Shown here in pieces: positions 27,201-42,200 of a DNA stretch of 64,000 bases. Position numbers and translations under genes: made by a program. The notes beneath the pieces were generated by a model. It was not told the DNA's origin and did no database searches. It saw only the letters and a list, made by a program, of their open reading frames with translations. Position 1 is the stretch's first letter, and every line of letters begins with the position of its first letter. Origin of the DNA: Botryllus schlosseri. Taxonomy: Eukaryota. Location of the stretch: assembly GCA_051294905.1 (NCBI GenBank), contig CM119384.1:7440001-7504000 (forward strand), read 5' to 3'.

Positions 27201-30200
27201 AATCATGTACAATGTTTTACGGTTTAAATTGGAACTGCAACTGACACTCCCCAATCCCCAAAGGAGGGGTTGAAGTAATGAGATTTTGATGTAAGCATCA
27301 TCTGTTTAAAATCACGATTACCAGAGCAACAGTCCTGCTTTTACGTAGGCTGACTCATGGGAGAGATAAATGTGATGCTGGAATTTGAAGCAACTGAGTA
27401 TCAGCAGTTATAAAATTAGCTACACAAGGTGAGTCGGTGCTTTCCAAGTGCTTACACTTAACCCCAAATAGTAGCATCAGGTGAACTTGGTCTATTGGTG
27501 TGGTCTGTGATTGACAGGAAGAATAGACTTGGCTCTGCTATTGCTATGGTTACAAATTGGGCATTGGCATCAGGCAAGCGATAGTTGCATTCATCCATTC
27601 AATAGAAAAGATTTAGGAACCTGTATGTGTCTTTGTGGCTAAGAGGTAAGGTATTTGTTCATAATTCCACTGTCATTTCTTTGTTCTTAACATTAGTTTG
27701 TTTATTATAGTGATGTTATGTTTTTCTACTCACGATAACTACTATGAGCTTTGAAATGTTATGATAAAATACTCCCATGATGACTCATCTGTCTATCTCC
27801 CTGTACTATGAAAGACAAAGTTAGATTGAGTTTTATCATCAGCAATACGTCTAGACTGAACAAAGCAAACAGTTCCATATACTTATCAAGAACGCACAAT
27901 ACAGCTGTTCAAATTGCATCCTATAATCTTTAAGTGGTCTATTACGACCAGAATGTAACAATATTGATACTAATTCACGGAAGAACACGCAATCAACTAG
28001 CAAATAAATTATCACTAACCGCGACCAAATGTTTTATAAATAGGAGATGATATTGCCCGAGTATTACAGTATGAATTCGAGTTACGGTAGGTACGAATAC
28101 AATGTCGTCCTAATTATTGAGTGCTATTAGTTGTCAAGTGAAATTGACCGTGTTACGGCATATCTGAAGTTAGAAACAGAAGACTGGGCTAGGCCTAGGC
28201 TATGCATTCAATGTTCAGTTCACGCAATTTTATTAGTAATGTTTGATTCATCCGTAAACATCGTACGTAGGTCAAATCATCCTGCACCTAGGAGTATTAT
28301 TTTGAAACTAGGAATGTAGCAGTCATCAGAATGTGTCTTAAGTGCCGAAGGTCTGCAGACTGTTGTAATGTTGATTCCCAAGAGATGGAGATTGGAACGC
28401 AAAGTGGTAAGGATGCTTGTAAGATTTTCAAAGACAGATTCTATTTTGCACCTTCTATTGATGGCATTGAGGGAAAATCTTGAGAAGCATTTCAAAAGTT
28501 GTGAACAATGTAATACCAATGGGACATTAATCAATAGGAATCAATAGGTCATTGGTATGATGGGCAGGGGATAGAGTCAGGATTGCCATTAGATGTGTAG
28601 GTAGTAGGTCTAAATATATTTGAGTCATACTATCATTTATGAAAGCGAATTGTGGCTTGCAATGCCTAAATAATGGAGTTTGCTCACTAAATGTATCGAT
28701 GATTAATTCTTAATGCTTTCAACAGTGTGTTATCATCAAAGTTGAGTATTAATGTCTTTACAAGATAATTCTGAATTTCACATGCAAATCCATTAAAAGA
28801 GCACTAGCGCACGTAAGGGACACTTTCCTTGACAAATCAAAATATGTTTGTGGTTGAGATTAAGCTATTTTAAAGTGCATCCTGAGCCCGAGCTATCATA
28901 ATATTGTATGGAATACAAGGTCCGAAGAGTGCGACTAGCAAGACAGCAGTAATGACATGGTACTTGTCTACATTGGAATCCAATACGTCTGGAAATTCAA
29001 CACCAAGGAAGGAAAAGGGAAATCCTGTTGGCAGAGTAATCAAGCGGCCTACAATGCAGCAGAAGTCGAAAATATGCGGTTCTTAGCCAGAACCAGACTG
29101 ACAAAACAGAGTTAAGTCCAATGGTTATCCGCAGAGCAGCAACCAACTTTCTGAGATACGAGCACAAGGGCTTAGCGAGTAGGGCAGATCATAAATCCGG
29201 CAAAACGAAAGGTCGTTGAATACCGCAGAAAAAGTATACAAGACCAAGTTTTGCCGCAACAATTACGAAGCACATGAAAATAAGGCTTACTTGAATTCAA
29301 TGCAAAAACTTTAGGTCAGCATTCTAGTGCTGAATGAGCAACGCAATTGCACAATCCTAAGAGTTGATGGGATATACCGCAACGGATCAAAGTGCAAATG
29401 CACGCAAGTGCAGCAACTGCAACTTACTGCCATCCAAGTAGCCAGCATTAACATGTAGCCAAGAATGTAGGAGGAATAGTTCCGCAGAGGACTGAGATTG
29501 CATTTGACATAAGAGTATTCTATTTCAGCATTGCAGAGAATGTACATCATCCTCACGACAGACAAGTGAGAATTGAACACAAATGAGGCAACGAGCACTT
29601 GAACGTATGCTTACCCTCTTGACATGTCCAGTGTAATGAAAGCTTCAATTCAGGAGAGTAATCAATGTAAATTAGTACTTTGAGGTATGCATGGAGAGCT
29701 GTATTGAGTTTGTCATAAGCGCACCTATGTTTTCAGAAACATTAATTCGATCATATTTCAGTGAGGTGACAATGCAGTTAGCCTTTCACTAAATGTGATT
29801 TGATAAATCCGTTACAGAAGTTCTTGATTAAGCGATGATGTTGATGAAAGTCAGGCACATTTCTGTCATCACTTGTCGCGCTATATTAGTTTTGACTATT
29901 AACAACATCAAAACAATTGAGTGATGAACTAAAATTTTTAATCGGCATTGCCTATGATGAGCAATAACGCAGCTTTGGTATAAAATGATCTATTGCTTAA
30001 TTTCCTGTCTGCTTAAGTAATGTACGAATGAAGATCGGCGATTACATCAGAGTTGATTTACATAAACCAGCTGCTAGATGGTGCTACTGAGAGAAAATTG
30101 GCAATTCTGTATTGTAGACCCATCGATTCGCCATGATGTGGTATCGTTTTTAAAGCTTCTATCAACATTATTATCCAGAAAACCCTTCAAAATAAGCGCG

Positions 30201-33200
30201 GTATCTTTTTCTAAAGCTGTCATCAATTCTTATAGAGCTTTCAGGAATAATTAACAATATTTTATAACAGGACCAGTAACGTAACTAATAATAGCGTGTA
30301 TTTCACTTTTTACAGGCAGTAAATCTTCAACAAAGTCGCCTCGACGTTCCAGGTGGTCTAGAAGCGGCAGTAAGAAATCGTCAAGCATCAAGAGATCCTT
30401 TTTATCGTTCCAACCATTCCACCACGCAAAAGAGCCGGTCCATCTCAGCCCGGTGAAAGGATCCAAGACAGATTCCCTCAAGGAAAACGCGGTACGGTCG
30501 GCATCGACCGCAGACAATCAACCCGGTAAATCGTCGAAAAAGCACGCCGGCAAGACCCTCGCATCTAACGACCAAAACAAAACCACGACCAAACATTCTT
30601 CCAGAAAAGCGAAGGCGTTGTCTCAAAAATCAGCACAACAGAAATCATCGAACACCGCTATAAAGCAAGATAAACATTTACCAAACGGCGATGTGCGGTT
30701 ATCGACAAAACCAGCGGTAGAAGTGTATCATAGAGGAGATGCAAACGATCTGGTGTTGGTAGTAAATTTAACCGAAGAGCAGAAAGAATTAACCGAAACC
30801 TCGACAACATCAAGCAAGCCGCGCGAGGTTGCGGACACGAAAAAAGAAACCAAGAAACCGGAAAAACCTCACACGAGATTCGCCTCCAGTATCGAAGTCA
30901 GAAAAACAAACGAGGCCAACACGATTCCCACGTTGATGCCTTCAATTCTCGACAAGACGACGAGAAAAGTTTCAAAATCCCCAAAGTCAACATCTCGAAG
31001 GACCAACTATAAGCTACAGCGTTCGTACAGCGACCCCACAGGGACGCCGCACGAGTCTCAAGTGCTGACCCAGCAAAAGCAGCGAGTCAGTCACGCTAAA
31101 GTCACCAAGACGCACTCCTTCAAAAAGACAGGGAGGCCACGCCATCACAGCATGGATACGCAGGATCCCGAAAAGACAGGTCCAGACGCTTGGAAGCAAG
31201 AGATGAAACATCCGGACGAGGACACCAATTTCAAATTTCAAAACAATGTCAAATTTAGAAACTCCTGCATCGGGGAGTGTTACCCTTTGTTAAAAACAAG
31301 GATTCCGGAGGAGCATGTCAAAGAAGATGGCAGCATCACGCTCAGGGGGTTCGAAAAGAGCGACGTAAATCGGGACTCTGGGGTGGAAGTGGATAACATC
31401 ACTTCCAAAACTGTATTATTCAACAACAGTACCGACGAATCAGAGGCAGATTCGAGAGACAGTGTTTTCGAATCCAGCAACGATGACGAGACGAATTTCG
31501 GCACTTTGAAGCTTAGTAAAGACAAGGAAAAAACAGCCGACGACAACCCTAGTGAAATCGACGACAGTACGTTGACAAGAAGTTCGCGAAAATCTAGAGA
31601 TATCGAAGGTATGCGCCTTGTTTTATAACAAATATATAAACTGTGGCGTTGACAAGCTTTTTTGACCCCAAAATTTGTTTGGATCGTTGCATGAACTTGC
31701 TATTGCGACTTAGCCCAAGATAATTTAAATAATATATATTTCGGATTCACCTAACCGCGGACTTTGGGAGGCTGATGACTAAATAAAAAGGTCATTTCTC
31801 ATGGTCTCATAGCCATAATGGTCTATTTGATGCTTTAAAAGCTAAAAAAAACAGGTCAACACTTTAATACAGTCCTCACCATGTGATTATTACTACTTTA
31901 ATTGTTTTTGTGGCTATTTTGACCTGTGGTGAGCACTGACAATAAGAATGGACGTAAGGACAATGTAGTTTTACAGTTTATCGTAGCAGTTTCAAGATTG
32001 CCATATCGCGGACCCCTTAAAACCACTCCGTAGAGCCCCAAGGCGTCCATGGACAGCAGTTTAAGAACCTGTGTCAGAGCAACAAGCTCCCGATGATAAA
32101 ACGGATTGTAGAATCTTTTTTATATGTTCGAGCTCGCACAGGCCTTCACGTTGCACTATTTCCCATGTGAAAATATATGCTGACATGAAACTGACTAATC
32201 TCATGTTAATCGCCTAATATGTGCAAATACAAGACTGCGTCTTTGCGCTGTGTCAAGGTATCATGTGCCTTGACCTGACGAATTTTTAGATCAATGAGTT
32301 TGATATGAAGATTGTAACAAAATGCAATGAGGTTTCCGTGTAATCAGGAGTATTGGCGGAACGAAACTGCAATTTTGTGAATAGGCAAACACCCTTAGTA
32401 AACGCCTTCCTGTTATTGTATCGTGGGATTCGGTTTCAGTCTAGACTAAACATTCTACATGACCGGACATATCAGCACTATAACCCGTTTGGTTAATTCC
32501 TGTCTTTTCATTGTCTTTTATGCTGAGCTGAATTTATTAATCCTAGCCAATTGCAACCAATTTTATAAATAACATCTGTATTTGTGAATGCAGGGTGCAA
32601 TCAGACCAGTTGACCCTACGTAGAGTTATATCACACCCTGCCCTACACCGTTAAGTTCGTTTGTTATAATTTCATCAGCCAACTTATTTTATTTTCGGTT
32701 GGACAAATCAGTAAATATTTGTCCCTCTCTTTTATATATTACTACGCATATGCCTTGGACCACCCTGCGATATGTCCGCATGGGATACCTAACTGTCAAT
32801 ATCAGATCTACACATACAAAGCCAAAGCGTCATCGCGCACCGCCACCAATGTCAGACAAAAAGAAATAATCGAAAAAAGCCATGATTTTCCTGATCAATC
32901 ACTTTTAAACACGATATTCCAAAACTTCGCATGTAAAACAACCGTCAATAATCGCAGTTGTATCACAGTGTTAGTTTCGTAAATCGATTTGCATTGCATA
33001 CGTGTATACTGCAAAGGCCATATTAATCCTTAATAAAAGGTTAATTGAATGATAATACCATCGTGCTGAGATAAGCGTTTAGAAAATAGAAACATAACCT
33101 TTTTCGTGTGAAACTAGAGATAATATAAAATACGATAGCGTTGCGGCCAAACCATGTATATGTCAGCGGAAAGTCTATTGGACACATCTCTTCTTACAGA

Positions 33201-36200
33201 AGAATCAAAGTGGGACATGTACGCCCTGTTGAAGAAATTCGAAAGCGTGGAATGGGATTTATCGCCGGCGACCTTATTGAAGCAACAGACTCTGGACTTG
33301 GATGACTGCGAGCTGGACGCTGTGCCTGCCGCAGTGACCGAGATTGAGTACTATGCATTCAGAGGTGAGTAGATTTCAGCGTGGTTTTGATTATAAGGGG
33401 TATGTTTATTGCCGTTTTTTCAAGATAAGGTGGAATTGATTAGCAATAATGATTGATTTTATCTAGCGGATTGTAATTGAGAGACTTGACAGGTGAGATA
33501 CTATTACTTAGGCGACGTTAGTCAAAATGCGCCACAACAGCAACATTAGACATGCCGTCATATCAGTGAAATAGGAAATAACAAGATATTTTCGCTTTCT
33601 CAGATGTGGAAGCAGTCAGTCTGAACAACAATAACAAGATCGAAAACGCGGATATTTTGGGCAAATTGACAGACCTACGAATCATAAACATGTGGGGCTG
33701 CAGTCTGAAAACAATACCGCAATCGTGGTCAGCGTTGACTAAGCTACAGGTGAGTTCAGTTCGTCGATTACTAGTTGCCTAGGAAATCGCACTAACACAA
33801 TGCGACCAGTCAATGAATGAAAACAGATCACAGTGTAGAACCGCACTTTGATTAGCAACTACATTCAGTCATTACTGCTCCTGAGTGATCTAATCTTTTT
33901 GCGATGAATGCCAGTGCCGTGTGGAACAACAAGGCAAGAATGAACTATCAATTAGGATAAAAGGTGAAGCTTATGAAATCATATCACAACGGACGGATGT
34001 CAAATTGACTCTGTGCTTAAAAACAAGATGACTTTCTAAATATTCACAGTAGTCTCATTTGGAATATGGCCTAATGCAAATACAAATTTGGATTTGAAAA
34101 AAAATGTACTTGATCCGAATCTTAATGATCTTAGAGAGGAAATACCTAATCATATTCGATTTCCATGTTACTTTTGCACAAATCTCCGTCATCCCCAGAG
34201 TTTGTATCACAATACAAAATTAATTTGATCTTTGGAAATTATATTATTTCAGAAATTAGATTCGTGCATCTTGACAAATTTTATAGTATTCGAGTTGATA
34301 TATATCGTATATATATAAATATAGTTAGTTACAAGTGAGTATATTGATGACACAATTGCACCAAATGTAGCAACAACTCGAATGATAGATTGTCGTTGCA
34401 TATATTGTGTGTTTCTCAGTATTTTTCACGCAATGGCGCAGCGCACTCCGCAATACACATCACTTACGTTACAACATAACCCTTTAGATGCTTGGACTAG
34501 GCGGCAACAGAGACCTGTCCTACTTCAGTCCCTTGAAGCATTTGTGCAATCTCGTCTGGCTGGACTTGGGAGGATGCGGACTAACGAAAATACCCGACGA
34601 AGTCACCAACATGATGAAATTAAGGTAAAAGCCGCGTTGCACCCATACAAGGTTGCATCGAAATCGCAAAATCTCTTTTGTTAAAACACCAGGAAATAAA
34701 ATGAGTCACATGACGCACGGTTGCCAAGTCGATTATCATTTTTGCGTGAGTGCAACATTATATTTGCAGGGTGCTCGCGATTGGAGGAAACCCCGGCATT
34801 GAAATCGGCGACGAGATATGCAGTTTGTGGGATCTGAAACAGCTCGGCTTGAACGATTGCGCGCTGGATTGCATACCGAAGGCGGTGTTCAGCCTCATTA
34901 AACTGACACATTTACATTTGGACAACAATTACATATGGTAGGTAATTATTACGTTGTTTCACGAAGAGCAAGCAAACGATTTCCGGACAGATTCCGAGTC
35001 CATCAGAGGCACATAAATTTAGAAAATAGCGTTGAAGGCCGTCATTTCTGTGTTTATAACAGGAATAGTGACGTTTTTGTACCATATACACCGATTCATG
35101 ACATTTATACACACTATCTGTGCATATGGATACCACATATGGATACCACGAGTGCATGATGTGCATATGCCGTTGTACCAGGTGCAGAAATAGCCTTGTA
35201 AACAAAAATGCTGGAGTGTGTTTGACGTAATACCCGTAAATAGGCATGCCATCAGGGTGAACTCGTTACATAACCCAGCTATAATCAACCATCACACAAT
35301 GGTATGCGGCAGGAAATCATTTACGACCCCTTGTGCAAAGTAATGAATGAAAGGAAACAGCCCAGATTCCATAATCATAATAATAATATTCATCCCGCGT
35401 TAACCAAGCAATGCCAACTCCGTGCTAACTCCATGCTGACACCTGGTGGTCAAATAACTCATTACAGAACAGTGCTGTTGAATTTGAAGCATAATGTGAT
35501 GAAAGACCCGTTAAAAAGAACTTTTTCCGATGAGTGTCTCTGCGTTTCTGTGCTGTGACTTGAGCCGAGAACTACTTTTCAGTTCCACGAACTTATCACA
35601 CCCAATCAGAACTACTTTATGCAAAGAACTGAAACTTTTTGGGGGTGAAATGGTGATAAAGACCAAATGATCTCAACTGCAGAGGCCAGACTCCCCGTAG
35701 ACCTGCTAGTCCCCTAGCCTTATTCGAGATGGTAACTTCAAGCTTGTAACTCTAGCCTCTGTGACAAATTCCAATCTTTATTTACTTGGAAAGACAACTT
35801 GACCCGCATTGAATGACACAAAGTCCAAAAACGGCAAAATTTTTTGTTTTCGCAGTCAAATAAGTCAAGAAATCGTGCAGCTGACAGACTTGGAAGAGCT
35901 CACGGTGACGGGCAACAGCAACGTTTCGTTCCCGAAAATTTTAAGCCAGTGCGACACCATCAAATGTATCATCGTGGATCAGAACAAAAACCTTTCCCGA
36001 ATATCCGGCACTCTGAAGAGTCGCATGAAGCAAATGCCCACCGCGATCGCAACGAACGCAAACGACAAGCCAGAATCGGACACGTGACAGAGTAACTGCC
36101 ATTACGCATTGGCACAGCCGACGTAATGCCAGTGCCCTATCCAAAGCGCGGCAAGCAGTCGAAAGCTCGACGAAAATATGCAATCTCGCAAACATACCGA

Positions 36201-39200
36201 CGGGCATGACAAGAACGCCGCCGAAATCGAAGAGCATCAAAACACAATACCTCATCCGACTAACAGAAATTAAATCGCGAGACGCGGCTTACTACTGAAA
36301 CCCATCCTTTACCAAACTGCCAGAATACCTCTTCATCAGTAAATTTACGAACAAAGCTACCCGATCAACAATGTAACAATTGTTTGCCTAATTATATATT
36401 CAGCATGAATATTTCCATGACCAATCACACCAAGGACACACCGCTATTGTGTACTTACACGTTCTAACGGATTCAGGCGCAATAGTTCGAGTGACGTAAA
36501 GAAGACAAGTTTTCTCAAACATGCTTAAATGAGATTACTTTGCAGCACTTGGAATTACTCGGACATTTAAAAATATCGTGGGCTAACGTACCGAAAGTTT
36601 AATGACGCCCAAGCTTAGTTAACCTAGTTAATGAGTGACTGAAATTTCCTGATGGAATCGGGGGATTGCTACAAAAGTCACTACATGACAACGGTAGAAG
36701 AGTGTGGGCTGATTCATTTCCAGTGCTACCTGGAACGATAATACCGGTCGTTTCCTGCCCATTTTGCTTTGAATTTCTGCAATTCAGTATAGCCAGAGTG
36801 TTGTCACGCATATTGTGTGAATAGTGTGGTTTTGCTATTTGTGTTTTCATCATTTTTTCTAGATTTCCTTTTAAATTAAGCGTGTCAGTGCTGGTTTTCT
36901 TCGCGACAGTTCTTCAAAACATCTCAGTCGTTTGCTTTTTATCGAACAATTTTTAAAGATTTTCTCGTCCTTTTCAGCTTCAACGATATTTCTTCCGATG
37001 CTATTTGTTAAAAATAAATGACGTTCAATGATGTTTGCTGTGTAACACGTGAGAATGAGATGGGTTTCTGGTTATAACGATTGAGAGTTTGGCTCAACGT
37101 TGATTTAGACGAATTATTAAGCTCGTGGACAGTAAGCAAGGTACAAGCTCATGTCTTTTGTGAAATATAAAACAAGATTGCGGCTATTTGAATTTTGAAT
37201 CCACAATTGGATAGTCAGTAACATACATAATCACATAGTTATCATAGCAAGGAAAACATCTCCGCAACTTGAATATGTCATCGCCTACACTATTCATTAT
37301 GAAGGCATATAAAGTAAGAATGTATTTTAAGAGCATTTTAGAGGTACCGAACTTCAATATACGATAGAACGGTATATTCATTTTAATATGAATATACTAT
37401 ACAATTGTATAAGAATGAATTGCAAAGTTCAAACTTGTATCTTTTACACAATTAGAACGAAGACAATGCTAGTTGCACGACCAAAGTCAGTATTTTGATA
37501 TCTGTAAACCCAACCAATATGACTATAGAGTTTCGATACAATGTCGCTACATGTCAGGGTTGTAACCAAGTCACAAGGTTCCGAGTAACAAGTCAATCTC
37601 ACTTTTAAAGTTTTGACTATAGTCATTTTCAATTTACCACCGAGTCAGCTAGCAGAGGGTCGAGTCCGAGTCAAAGTGTTTTGACTCGAATTCACTGTTC
37701 AGTTTTCAGTGCATTCAGGTTCAACCCACTTTTTCAAAAATTTCCTACAGTCGTAACAGTTTCTGGCCCTATTTTCCAAGTATCAGGACTGGTAGGTACT
37801 AAATACCAATAATGTGGTAACCTTAATTCTTTGAAGTTACAATGACATTGACATGTATGTCTTGGCCGTCCTAGTCTCGAGTCATATGATTTGGTTCGAG
37901 TCATGTACAATGACTCAAGTACAAGAGAAGTCAATAAAAAAATTGACTCGAGTCGAGTCATTTTACTTATTTGAAAAAATGACTCGAGTCGAGTCGAGTC
38001 ACCAAAAAATCGTGACTCGAGTCATTACCCCCTGTTACATGTTTTCCATGTTGTGATAAAGCCAATTGAGGTTGCAAGTGGTAAGAAAGTGTCAAAACCA
38101 TAATTTCTGGTGATAAAATATTTGTTACAAATGGGCATGTAGTTTTGGTACTCGAAAAAAAAAAACAGACTCTTACTATTCGCTCCGAATGATTGTGCCC
38201 AGCCCGACCTGCTATGCAGTAGTACAGCAGAACAACAAACGTCAACTTTTCGCTATGCACACTTGCACAGTAGCTTGCAACCTGCTTGCCAAATAATGTT
38301 GACAGATTCCATGTCGACCTAGTCACTTACCCTTTTTGCGTCGTCTGAATGTAGCCTCACGTCTGCGCTGAACCAAGCGCCTCTCGAAGGATGGGGCACA
38401 GAACGGGCTCTGCTGTACTTGTTTGAACGAGACGAATCGTTCGAGAGAGTCGTGTTTTGCATCTGCAGGTGAAACTCCTCCCTCAGGTACATGATTTCTT
38501 CCTGCAGCTGCTCGATCACTACGTTCTGTTCGATGAGCTTTTCGCTCTGAAAAATATCAGCGGTACCGATTTATGGCTTCTCTGCATGGTTAACGAAATT
38601 CGCAGAACTTTTCGAGCATAACCAGAGGTGGTCAGTTACCAAGTACTTCTATTTTGCATGCTCAAGTGGTTACGTTTTTAGACTTCTTTCACATCTGTAA
38701 GAACATTTTCGAAGCAAAACTAATTACTTGTTACACATGGGACCTTAAGAGCTTCTTGGAGGTACCGAATTTCAATATACAATTGAATATTTGCGGCTGA
38801 CACTCGTCAGGGATAATCGTCAGCAATTAGTAGAGAATTGGAAAGAACATTGTATATCATCAACAACACTTTGGATTTTGAAAAGCGGAATTAGTATCAG
38901 GATCAGTTTGCAAAACTTTTACGAGTGAAAGTGCAATAAGAACCACGTGAAATAGCCCCTGTATCACAGTAATGAAACATATTTAAAAGATACTATCGAT
39001 TTGTAGTGCCATTTGTCACTATGCACTAGTCGCAAAGATACATCTACTACTACTCATATCGAAAGTATTCACCTCAGATCAACTGCCAAAGCACAAAGGT
39101 ACGCGATCTCTCGACTATTCTTACATCTCTTACTTATACTTCAAGTAGTTTTGACATGACTTGTAAATTGTTTTCTACTTGAAATTGAGTAAAAATTTAC

Positions 39201-42200
39201 CGCTTTACTTCTACTTGAGTAGGAACCATGACGACATTGACCAGCTCCTAGCATAACTAGCTCTTCTGCGTTGAATTACAGCGATGATGTACTGTCACTG
39301 ATCAAGTTAAGCATACGATCACATCTAATCGATAATTACTATGTATATACACATTGTATACACTCGCAGCTTAAGATTTCTACATGAAAACGGCTAACTT
39401 ACTCACCAATAACACTAACATCGCAAACGGCGGCATCGTAAAAGATGTTCGTGAATGAGCTAGAAAGGCGGATGTGTGAAGGCAAAAAGACCGAGCCTAA
39501 TGACTTACATGTACAATGACATGAATTATTCATAATATTTCCACATCATATAGACAGAATATGCAATTTTTTTTCATTTCATGTCATCAAAAAAAAAAGG
39601 TTTGCATCTCGCATTCGACTGCTGAAACGGCGCCGAAATACCAAATGGCAAATTTTCTTACACACTCCTGCGTTTACTCAACTATCATATAATTTACATG
39701 TTTTAGGATAGAAATGCCAGTTTTTTTATCATTCTGCTGCGGTTGATTTGCAAATAAATATAGATATGCTAGTTTTTTTATCACTTCGTTGCGGTTGCAT
39801 AGTATAGGTGAAACATGTCACGCATCGGTAGAAAGTACCTGTTTACTGGCAAAAATATGTTATATCGTTGATAGCGGTATCGTTTGATAATTCTGCTATC
39901 AGCTGATCGGCTGACACCACCTGATTACACAAACTCACACTCAAATTCCAAGTCATTTTCACTCACAAAACTTAACCATGGCAGGAATTCTTTTACAGGC
40001 GTAATTAATGGTAACGGTCGTCAGACCTTTTCAACCGGCTGGCACCGACGGGTTTTTCCGAAAAATTTTGCTTCACTTTTTAAAACTGTTAACCACGAAA
40101 CCAACAAGTGATATTTCGCTCAGAACGTCAGCGCCTAACCAACCACGCCACGAAGACAGACGAGAGAAGGTCGACCGTGCATGTATAGAATCAAGAAGAC
40201 GAGAAAACCTTGACGCAAAAATTTACCTGTCTTTGATGCATCCTTATAGAGTCCACAACGTATACCTAGTGCGAATAAGCACGCACTATTCCCAGCGACA
40301 GATATAACATCTTTCGAACAATCCAAGAGTGACCGTTTTTGCTCAACTTATTCCATCGACACTATTAAAGCAGGTTAACAACTGACCTGCTGTTCTTTCG
40401 TTTCGTCCGCAATCTGAAGCGATTCTTCCTTTTCCCTTGCGTCATGACGCGCTTCCGATAACGCCGCACTGAGTTGCTCAATCTTAGAATCAAACGCAAG
40501 CGCCGTCTATTATAGCTCAAAGAACTCCGTTCGAGCAACACAGCATATGTTCGGCCTAAAAAATTTGTACCTTCGCGTCTCTACTCGCTAGAAGTTTGTC
40601 GTCACTTTCCAAAACAACTTTGCCTCCATCTACGTCAAGGCTTTCCTTGTACGAGTCTAAAAAAAATTACAGAGTCGAACGGCTTTGTTATCTTTACGTA
40701 TTTTAAAATGCAGAACAGCCCTTCGGTCATTCATGCCAGGGAAGTATTTGCGGGGATCGCTGAAAGTATGCGTCTGTACCGAGAACTCTGCACCACGAGC
40801 GGTTACTTGTGAAATGAGCTTGATGGGAATACGATATGGGCGTTTTAAAAGCAGAGGTGGTCAGTCCAATGTACTTGTAATTTTGGAAAATTGTTTCAAG
40901 TATTCGTCTGGTTATATTTTTAGGCAATATTTTCGGCATAACCATTTACTTTTCAGGTTTCACACTATGGATTTTGTAGAGTAGTAAGTGTAGGTCTGGT
41001 TCTGGGATGTGTTCTCGTTGCTTTTACAGGTGAAATTGTCATAAGGACAGCCTGGATAAGCTTGAAATTACAGAAACTTAACCATCTGTAGTGTCACAGC
41101 TGTTTTTTTGCGTTAGTCGCGAAGATACATCCTGCAATTTCAAAAGTCGCAACCCTCAATCCAAGGCTGAAAGAATGTCGCCCCTGAACCAAATCTACTT
41201 TTAGAGACTTTTTTGACATTGACATTCACGTTTCCGTCTTAAAAATCGCTATTCCTACTCCTGTGATTTATGGTGTCAGAGTCGCGCTGGTTTTTGCATT
41301 ATTTCCTTGAAATTTCGTTAAGAACGAAGTGCGTTCTCAACTTACCATGAGCAATGTCCGAAACGCTATCCAGCCACCTTCTCATTTGCGCCTTCCCGAT
41401 CAGCTTGCCAGAGCAAATGGCTTTGACGTACCGCGTGGCCTGATTGATTTGCTCCTGATACAGCCGGCATTCGCCTTGGAGGTCTTGGACCTCCTGCTCC
41501 AAAACCTGAACGGATAGAATTTTTACAGGGATGCATCAACGGTACAGTGCTAAGATTGCTCTAGAGGAGACAGATGTAATTTAAGTCGCTACTCAAAGTA
41601 AGCAGCCTCACTTGTAGTTCCACGCAAACATGGGCAGCGAATTCCAGGGATGGCAAATATAACATCAAGTAAAAGAAAAAAAGAAATTATCGGAAAAGTG
41701 GCTTTCAGCAGTAAATCGGGCATTAACTTCTCATGCAAAACATGGAAATTCTCAACTTCAAGGTTTCACTGGTCCAGCCTAGATGCGTTCTGATTTCGAG
41801 AACTTCTGAAAAAGATCCAGCTCAAAGAGTGAAACCGCTCGGAAAGGTGACGTACACATTTCCAAACTAGGGAACTGAGAATATACAAACTACTTCATTA
41901 CCGACCGGCGATCAAAAGCCATATCTGAAAATTACTGTGAAGATAACGAAAAATCAGCATAAGTCGGTAATCTCACCTTCTGCCGTTCCATTGCAACTTC
42001 CCTAGTGGTCGGACGAGACTGCAGCTGTTGCTTCAACTCCTCAATCTCATCTTGCATTTCCTCGATCAGAACCTAGAAAAACAAACATATAAGCTCAGGG
42101 GAGTGTGACCTATTTTTTAGTAAGATTCGATATCGGACCACACAACAATTGTGAATGGAATTAAGGATATCACGCGAAGCACGCAAAATAAATTTGGGTT

